DNA of 13,798 nt from a virus (Duplodnaviria > Heunggongvirae > Uroviricota > Caudoviricetes), in the IMG/VR virus record IMGVR_UViG_2698536428_000002. One strand, written 5' to 3'. Below the pieces are notes generated by a model. The model had not been told where the DNA came from. It did not search any database and saw only the letters and a program-made list of their open reading frames with translations. The translations under genes were made by a program, and so were the position numbers. Positions 8,616-13,798 of the stretch are shown here, one piece after another. The first letter of the stretch is position 1. Every line of letters begins with the position of its first letter.

Positions 8616-10197
8616 GTGGTGTTGTCTCCTCTTCCGGCCTGCGACTCTCCGCTATCTGCTGCTGATACGCCTGCGCTATCCACACCGGACGTGAGAGTCC
8701 GGCTTTTTCCCGCTCTGCAGATTCCCTGACCTGCTGGCGGAAAATGTCCTGATAATCCTCGCCCATCAGCGCCAGCTCTTTCTCATACGTGCTCAGTCCG
8801 GAATCAATACGCATCACCGATTCCTGAACCTCCTTGAGCCCGTCAATGGCCATTCTTCCGGCTCCAATCCACTCAGCCCGTGACCAGGCTGATCGCGCCT
8901 GATAAAAATCAAAACGTGCCCGTGGCGGACGAATAATCCCCCGAAGAAGTGCCTCTTCCAGCCAGCAGGAAAACATCTGCGTGGCCAGCCGGGCCGCAAT
9001 AAATTTTCGCCGCCCCATAAAATAGCGCCACGACTCATTGGCGGAGGCGCGGGCACTTGAGTAACTGACCTTCGAGTAATCACGGGACAACTGTTCGTAG
9101 GAAACGCCAAGACCGGCGGCGATATACCGCAGCAGCGCCTGTTCAAGCGCCGAAAATCCATTGTCTGAATCCTGCGCGGTCTGAAGTTTCAGATCATCAC
9201 CGGGGAAAAGGTGCGGAATTTTGACACCGCCCAGCGTCACGCTATTCGTGTCATACCAGGTGGAGAACTTATCCAGAATATTAATAAGCGGATTATCCTT
9301 CTGCCCCTGCGGCGCACCGGCGATATATTCAAAGGCCTTTTCGGTATCAAGGTCACTTTCAATCGTCGCTGCATACATCGCCTTCACTATGGCCGACTGA
9401 AGCTGTGTTGCCTGCAGGGAATCCAGCATCTTCAGCCGTTCCATAACGCTGTAAAACTGATTGGCTCCACGGGTCTGCCCGTCCTCCACCGGCTCGAAAA
9501 TATGCAGCATGGCCGGACGCCCGGTGGGAAGTTCACGCGGGATCCGTTCCCATCGTCCACTCCCGGAGCGAGGAAAATCATCCTCACAGATATGGTACGC
9601 AACGGCACGGCCATATCGATCAACCTCCACACCGGCCCGCAGAAAACGGTTCCCGATACCGTGTCCTGGCGTGTCCACCCGTTTCGGACTCACGGCTTTA
9701 AAACGCGTACGAAACAGTTGCGTGCTCTCCGTATCCCAGACCGGCTGCACAAAGATTTCGCCGTTAAACGCATGAACGCCCACACCTTCACGGATAAATT
9801 CCGTAAACGTGCGTTTCCCTTCCACGTCGATCTCACCAAACATCCCTTCTGCGTATTCTGACCAGGCCGCCTCCACCTCATCGACAAAACTTTTTGCCGC
9901 GGTCTCCCGCATCCCCAGCCAGCGCCAGTTCGGACGGTAGCTAATCAGAAACATATGCCCGACAATGTGATCCTTATGCAGGGCCACCGCATTGGCCGCT
10001 ATTCCGTTATTGCGCACCAGATCATCTGCACGGGCATTCCCCAGACGCAACGCGGGCAGCAGGGCCGCATCGGCACTCTGCGAGGGTGGCAACCACTCTG
10101 CCATTTGCCCGCCAAATCCTGCGCCGCCCCCGTTGTAGCTTAGGCTCTCCCGAAGCGGAACGCCGTTCACATCAATCAGGACAGGCGTTCGTTTCAT
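8605..10197 (-). CDS. B: Portal protein (lambda gpB-like)
   Basis: 530 aa; GGGAGFGGQ, GNARADDLVRNNG, FEPVEDGQTRGAN, LQSAIVKAMYAATIES, LLRYIAAGLGVSYEQLSR and GRMAIDGLKEVQE match lambda gpB. Its ATG overlaps the W stop (ATGA). Confidence 0.97.
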   Translation of the reverse strand: MKRTPVLIDVNGVPLRESLSYNGGGAGFGGQMAEWLPPSQSADAALLPALRLGNARADDLVRNNGIAANAVALHKDHIVGHMFLISYRPNWRWLGMRETAAKSFVDEVEAAWSEYAEGMFGEIDVEGKRTFTEFIREGVGVHAFNGEIFVQPVWDTESTQLFRTRFKAVSPKRVDTPGHGIGNRFLRAGVEVDRYGRAVAYHICEDDFPRSGSGRWERIPRELPTGRPAMLHIFEPVEDGQTRGANQFYSVMERLKMLDSLQATQLQSAIVKAMYAATIESDLDTEKAFEYIAGAPQGQKDNPLINILDKFSTWYDTNSVTLGGVKIPHLFPGDDLKLQTAQDSDNGFSALEQALLRYIAAGLGVSYEQLSRDYSKVSYSSARASANESWRYFMGRRKFIAARLATQMFSCWLEEALLRGIIRPPRARFDFYQARSAWSRAEWIGAGRMAIDGLKEVQESVMRIDSGLSTYEKELALMGEDYQDIFRQQVRESAEREKAGLSRPVWIAQAYQQQIAESRRPEEETTPRET

Positions 10198-10400
10198 AAC
10201 CTCACTCCCAGCGGACGACGGCGACGGCGGGTTGTCCCCAGTACCGACTCCGCATCATTGATCGCCCGGTTAAGCTCATCCAGAGAAGCTGCCGTATATT
10301 CAATTCTGCGACCATCTTTCTGGACAGACACCACCCGTTTACCGGTTAATAAATCAAGGCGCGCCTGACGCAGCGCCTGCAGTTCAGCGACTGTAACCAT
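10194..10400 (-). CDS. W: Head-tail joining / head completion protein (lambda gpW-like)
   Basis: 68 aa; ...LTGKRVVSVQKDGRRIEYTAASLDELNRAI... matches lambda gpW ([22 protein letters not shown]). Start overlaps the 3' end of A. Confidence 0.9.
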   Translation of the reverse strand: MVTVAELQALRQARLDLLTGKRVVSVQKDGRRIEYTAASLDELNRAINDAESVLGTTRRRRRPLGVRL

Positions 10401-12312
10401 TCACTCCTCCGGACAGCTTCGCTGCCAGTTCTTTAAGGGTTGGCCGGGTCGTCTCTTCTTCCCGGGATTTTGCCAGTACAGCCAGATCAAGCTGCCAGCG
10501 TTGCACGGACACACGTAATGCCGCGTAGGCATACACCAGGCAGTCCAGCGCTTCGTTACGCCGCTTTTTGTTATCCCACAGCAGACGCATCTTTCCTTTT
10601 TCCCACTTCTCCACAAGCTCTTCCGCCACCAGTTGCTGCGCCTCTGTCTGCGAAAAAATCTCCGGATCATCAGGAAAACGGATGGCATACGACGTGGCTT
10701 CATCCGCAGGCGTGGGATCGGCTTTCATACGGGCATAGAGAATTTCTTTTGCGGTGTCCGTCCCCACTTCGCACAGATACACGCCCCGCTGATTGCGGGT
10801 TTTTGGCATGGTGATCACCGGCTTGCCATAAACAGATGCACCTTTTACCGGCAGCACCCGGAAAACACCGTGTTTTTTTGACCTCTGATAGACAATTTCG
10901 CCATCGATCCCCCCGGTGTCCCAGCAGACACGGGAAATGGTCATTTCGGTTCCGTCTGCATGGCGGTATTTTTTGTTGATCGCCACATCCACACGTAACA
11001 GCGTCTCTTCCTCATCGGGACGCCCCATAATGATGATTTTATCCACCAGAAAGGCTTCCTCTCCCGGAGCCCATCCCCAGACATACATCTCAAAACGGTT
11101 TCGCTGCGAGTCAATGCCCGCCGTCAGATAAACCACCCGGGCAGGCACCGCCGCCGTGTAACGCACAACCTTATCCATCAGTACCTGGTGATCGAGTTTT
11201 TCGCCCACGGCCTCTTCCCAGGTCTCGCCCAGCGTGGTGTTCACAAATGTTTTCAGGCCGTTGGGATCTTTCAGTGCATCCAGCCAGTCATAGACAATCT
11301 GTACCCAGGTGGTGAACGGACTGTACGCCGTCCAGATATGGAATGTGATGGAGCGCGGCGGCGGAATTTCATTACCCGCAGCGCTGAAAAACGTCAGGCC
11401 GTCACGGGTCCACATGCCCGTGTTTTCACAGATCCACCGCCCGTTGCTCTGGTCAAGATCAGACTGATGGATCACGCAGCCATGATGTTCACAGAGGTAG
11501 AAAACACTTTCTGGACTGTCCTTCTCCCATTTAAGGCCAAAAGGCGTGGACTCATCGCCAAATTTCAGATACTGCGCCTCCCCACAGTGTGGGCAGGGCA
11601 CATAAAAACGCATGAAATGCGCCGACTCGTTGGCCGCTTTTTCGATCTGGCAGGAGCCTTTTATTTTAGGCGTCGAGCCGCGAATGGATTTTGGCCATAC
11701 CGAGCCCTCAATACGCTTATCCCCCAGCAGGGTTGGCGAGCCCTCTTTTTCGACATCCGGCTCGAACGAGGAAAGTTCGTCATAGCAGACCACGTCCACG
11801 GATTTTTCACGGTAGTTTTTTGCTGCCGCACCACCCAGGCACCAGAAGCCCACCCCCGATGAAAAGCGTTTCAGCGTGAGAGTATTGTCACGATGTTTAC
11901 GACCCAGCCACGGGGAAAGATCTTTCAGGCATGGCACGTCCCGAATCGTCGCCTCCACGTGAGACTTCATAAAATCTTCAGCGGCAGAATCCGTGGGCTG
12001 AAAAAGCAGACTGTTTCGGGATTTATGCTCAATAAAATACCCGGCGACTCCCAGCAACATCTTTGTATAGCCAACACGGGCAGATTTAATCAGATTAACA
12101 GTGCGGATCTGATCATTCCCCATACTGTTCATGATGGCGATCTGGAACGGCAGCGTTTTCCATTCGCCGTCACCGTATGAGGATTCTTTCGGCAGATAAT
12201 AATACTGGTCAGCCCATTCAACTGCCGTCATCGGTACAACCCTGACCAGAGGCTGCAGCGCAACCGAAACGGCGGCCACCATATTATTCAGTTGTTGCTC
12301 TGATATATTCAT
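10384..12312 (-). CDS. A: Terminase large subunit (lambda gpA-like)
   Basis: Very high similarity to lambda gpA along the whole length: TAVEWAD..YYLPKES, KSARVGYTKMLLGV (Walker A), NYREKSVDVVCYDEL, GSPTLLGDKRIEGSVWPKSIRGSTPK, TFVNTTLGETWE, WDTGGID, KKRRNEALDC. Start set at the MNISEQQ methionine (12312) by alignment to the lambda N-terminus MNISNSQ; the track ORF begins 19 codons further upstream at 12369. Confidence 0.96.
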   Translation of the reverse strand: MNISEQQLNNMVAAVSVALQPLVRVVPMTAVEWADQYYYLPKESSYGDGEWKTLPFQIAIMNSMGNDQIRTVNLIKSARVGYTKMLLGVAGYFIEHKSRNSLLFQPTDSAAEDFMKSHVEATIRDVPCLKDLSPWLGRKHRDNTLTLKRFSSGVGFWCLGGAAAKNYREKSVDVVCYDELSSFEPDVEKEGSPTLLGDKRIEGSVWPKSIRGSTPKIKGSCQIEKAANESAHFMRFYVPCPHCGEAQYLKFGDESTPFGLKWEKDSPESVFYLCEHHGCVIHQSDLDQSNGRWICENTGMWTRDGLTFFSAAGNEIPPPRSITFHIWTAYSPFTTWVQIVYDWLDALKDPNGLKTFVNTTLGETWEEAVGEKLDHQVLMDKVVRYTAAVPARVVYLTAGIDSQRNRFEMYVWGWAPGEEAFLVDKIIIMGRPDEEETLLRVDVAINKKYRHADGTEMTISRVCWDTGGIDGEIVYQRSKKHGVFRVLPVKGASVYGKPVITMPKTRNQRGVYLCEVGTDTAKEILYARMKADPTPADEATSYAIRFPDDPEIFSQTEAQQLVAEELVEKWEKGKMRLLWDNKKRRNEALDCLVYAYAALRVSVQRWQLDLAVLAKSREEETTRPTLKELAAKLSGGVNGYSR

Positions 12313-12790
12313 CGAGTAAATCCGGTAATTTATCCCCCGCCCGCGCACACTGATTTGCCCCCTTCGCAATAAGGGTTTTCAGATGGTCAAGATGGCGCGG
12401 TGTTAAATCAGGAAACTGTCGCTGCATGGATAACGGAATGGAATCAAGCGTACTGGACAATGCCATCGCCAGTTTGCTGAGGGCGAAAACGCAGAAGTCT
12501 GAATCGATGAGCTTACCTTCGGTTACCTGATTTTTAAGTTTTTGAGCTACAGCCTGTTCTTCTGTCAGTTCAGCTCTGGCCCGAAGCAGCCTTTCCTCCA
12601 GTTCTCCCCCGTCATCAGGTGTTCTCTGATTGTGTTGTCGCCGCTCGCGATCTATCTCCAGTACAGTTTTAACGTCATATAAAACTTCCCTCCCCCGACG
12701 TTCAACAGGAGGAACGCCCCATTTATCAAATGCCTGAACAGAGATACCGATGGAGGAGGCCATATCACTTTTATTCAATAAAAAGGCCAT
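12284..12790 (-). CDS. Nu1: Terminase small subunit (lambda gpNu1-like) with divergent N-terminal DNA-binding domain
   Basis: C-terminal half (FCVFALSKLAMALSSTLDSIPLSMQRQFPDLTPRHLDHLK...LLDEYI) matches lambda Nu1; the N-terminal ~60 aa are only weakly similar. Start chosen at the ATG at 12790 (MAFLLNKSD...) because GGAG sits 5 nt upstream and this leaves the putative cosB repeats outside the ORF. In-frame alternatives at 12808 and 12895 are possible. 3' end overlaps the start of A as in lambda. Confidence 0.82.
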   Translation of the reverse strand: MAFLLNKSDMASSIGISVQAFDKWGVPPVERRGREVLYDVKTVLEIDRERRQHNQRTPDDGGELEERLLRARAELTEEQAVAQKLKNQVTEGKLIDSDFCVFALSKLAMALSSTLDSIPLSMQRQFPDLTPRHLDHLKTLIAKGANQCARAGDKLPDLLDEYIRATTE

Positions 12791-12820
12791 CTCCTCTCCA
12801 TAAGTCATCGATAAAAAGCG

Positions 12821-12968
12821 AAACAACAACCATGTGTTTTTGCAAAACCATTTGATATCATTGATATTTTTCGCATTGACGACATCAAAACACATCGTAA
12901 GGTTGTTGTATTTATTTTATTTTCACCTTACTTATCAATTAGATATACAAAACAATTAAACAACAACC
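12821..12968 (-). repeat. Putative cosB: three copies of GGTTGTTGTTT-like element (two direct, one inverted) flanking an AT-rich IHF-like segment
   Basis: Plus strand has AAACAACAACC at 12821..12831 and 12958..12968, and inverted GGTTGTTG at 12901..12908. AT-rich DNA with TATCAA motifs lies between the two upstream copies. The layout mirrors lambda cosB (R3, I1, R2 inverted, R1) between cosN and Nu1, though the repeat sequence differs from the lambda CGTTTCC-type R sites. Confidence 0.5.
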
Positions 12969-13006
12969 ACCCCCTCAAAAAATCTCATAAATAGTGAAAA
13001 CGCGCG

Positions 13007-13018
13007 AGGTCGCCGCCC
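13007..13018 (-). other. cosN cohesive-end site (12-nt overhang GGGCGGCGACCT)
   Basis: Minus strand reads ...CGGGTCCTTTCCGGCGATCCGGGCCGTTACG|GGGCGGCGACCT|CGCGCGTTTTCACTATTTATGA. This is near-identical to the lambda right end (...CGGGTCCTTTCCGGTGATCCGACAGGTTACG) joined to the lambda left end (GGGCGGCGACCTCGCGGGTTTTCGCTATTTATGA). Confidence 0.85.
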
Positions 13019-13200
13019 CGTAACGGCCCGGATCGCCGGAAAGGACCCGAGAAAATGATAATGATTATCAGTTGCAACAAAATCCAGTTTCTTCCACCAT
13101 CGCACCGGACGAGCGACCATGAGGGGACAACGCCACGCTCCGTTAACGCGGTAAACCCCGGTGTGTATCGTTTTTGATTATCCCCGCACACTCGCGCAGA
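13019..13200 (-). other. Non-coding phage right-end region upstream of cosN (cosQ-containing region by analogy with lambda)
   Basis: No credible ORF. The cos-proximal ~40 bp match the lambda right-end sequence that I can recall; cosQ is inferred to be here by position only. Confidence 0.5.
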
Positions 13201-13385
13201 GGAGTCTCCCGGTAGGGCTGCGGTCTCTGTTCATGTGGGAATACGGCGACGATACTGCGCAAAGACATGCTTCAGAAATACATAAGTAAACTAAAATATT
13301 GTATCTCTGTGGCTAATTACGTAAATTGGTGGCTTGGCCCCTTTAGCCACCGGCAAATCTTCAGCGGATTATCCTTGGCCGGTTT

Positions 13386-13798
13386 TTATCTGAGGCATTG
13401 CTCACGAATGTATAGCTGTGCCCCTTCCAGCTGCTTCTGCATTGTCATCAACCGTTCTCTGAGGATGAAATAATCCCGTTCAGCGGCGTCTGCCAGTCTG
13501 GGGCCGGTTGCATTATCCACGCCGGAGGTGGTGGGGGCTTCACGCACGGAGCCTGGACAGGTGGCGTTGATCCGCAGGCGCTTACGACCAGCGGCAACGT
13601 CAGCGCGAAGAGTTTCATTTTCAGCTCTCGCATCGGCTAATTCCCTCGAGTATTTTGCATCGAGCGCAGCAACATCGCGCTGGCGCACCTGCATATCAGT
13701 AATGGTTGCGTTCGCCAGCTTCAGTTCACTGGCTTTGTTATCGCGCTGCGCTTTGTAGGTAATCGCGTTATCACGGTAATGGTCTGTTGCCATCCACA
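13386..13798 (-). CDS. Rz: Inner-membrane spanin (lambda Rz-like), 5' end truncated by window end
   Basis: Frame is open to the window edge. ...[75 protein letters not shown]...[35 protein letters not shown] matches lambda Rz. The N-terminal transmembrane segment lies outside the window. Confidence 0.92.
   Translation of the reverse strand, partial: WMATDHYRDNAITYKAQRDNKASELKLANATITDMQVRQRDVAALDAKYSRELADARAENETLRADVAAGRKRLRINATCPGSVREAPTTSGVDNATGPRLADAAERDYFILRERLMTMQKQLEGAQLYIREQCLR
13448..13633 (-). CDS. Rz1: Outer-membrane spanin lipoprotein (lambda Rz1-like), embedded in +1 frame within Rz
   Basis: 61 aa; [61 protein letters not shown]. Has a lipobox (VSAC) and proline-rich core, and is near-identical to lambda Rz1 (…[32 protein letters not shown]). 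Confidence 0.9.
   Translation of the reverse strand: MRELKMKLFALTLPLVVSACGSTPPVQAPCVKPPPPPAWIMQPAPDWQTPLNGIISSSENG

Noticed and set aside
9211-9861. Plus-strand ORF of 216 aa (and 9461..9775)
   Set aside because: Antisense to portal gene B.
11188-11862. Plus-strand ORF of 224 aa
   Set aside because: Antisense to terminase large subunit gene A.
12313-12369. N-terminal extension of A (track ORF start at 12369, MRRGQISVRGRGINYRIYS...)
   Set aside because: Alignment to lambda gpA puts the start at MNISEQQ (12312). The extension lies inside the conserved Nu1 C-terminus in another frame and has no counterpart in lambda.
12791-12895. N-terminal extension of Nu1 (track ORF start at 12895)
   Set aside because: The extension would cover one of the putative cosB repeats and has no similarity to the lambda Nu1 N-terminus. 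The ATG at 12790 has a GGAG RBS. The start at 12808 remains a possible alternative.
12985-13191. Minus-strand 68 aa ORF spanning the cos site
   Set aside because: Crosses cosN and the conserved non-coding right end; contains a poly-Ile run from the AT-rich stretch; no RBS.
13328-13351. Hairpin GGTGGCT-N10-AGCCACC downstream of Rz as a late-operon terminator
   Set aside because: No adjacent U-tract on the minus strand. Lambda-type late transcription reads through cos into the head genes, so a strong terminator is not expected here. Kept only as a note under the Rz finding.
13267-13473. Plus-strand 68 aa ORF, considered as a possible bor-like gene (opposite strand next to Rz, as in lambda)
   Set aside because: No similarity to the Bor lipoprotein as I recall it, no signal peptide or lipobox, and it overlaps the 3' end of Rz and Rz1.

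Overview
The whole window is the late (morphogenesis) arm of a lambda-like siphophage or prophage, read in reverse orientation, with every gene on the minus strand. From high to low coordinates it runs: Rz/Rz1 spanin genes (Rz truncated by the window end), a short non-coding right end, an intact cos site (cosN plus a putative cosB), then Nu1, A, W, B, C with nested Nu3, D, E, FI, FII, Z, U, V, G, the G-T frameshift extension, and H (tape measure, truncated by the window start). Gene calls rest on my reading of the translations against remembered lambda protein sequences, with synteny, overlapping stop/start junctions and Shine-Dalgarno motifs as support; no database search was run. I do not see a novel defence or accessory system here: the window is tightly packed with conserved structural genes and carries no moron-like insertions. 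The points worth a second look are the cos architecture with non-lambda cosB repeats and a divergent Nu1 DNA-binding end, a triplicated repeat in the C/Nu3 scaffold region, the G-T slippery site, and two intergenic hairpins. Host is probably an enterobacterium, judging only from the roughly 55% GC content and the similarity to lambda.
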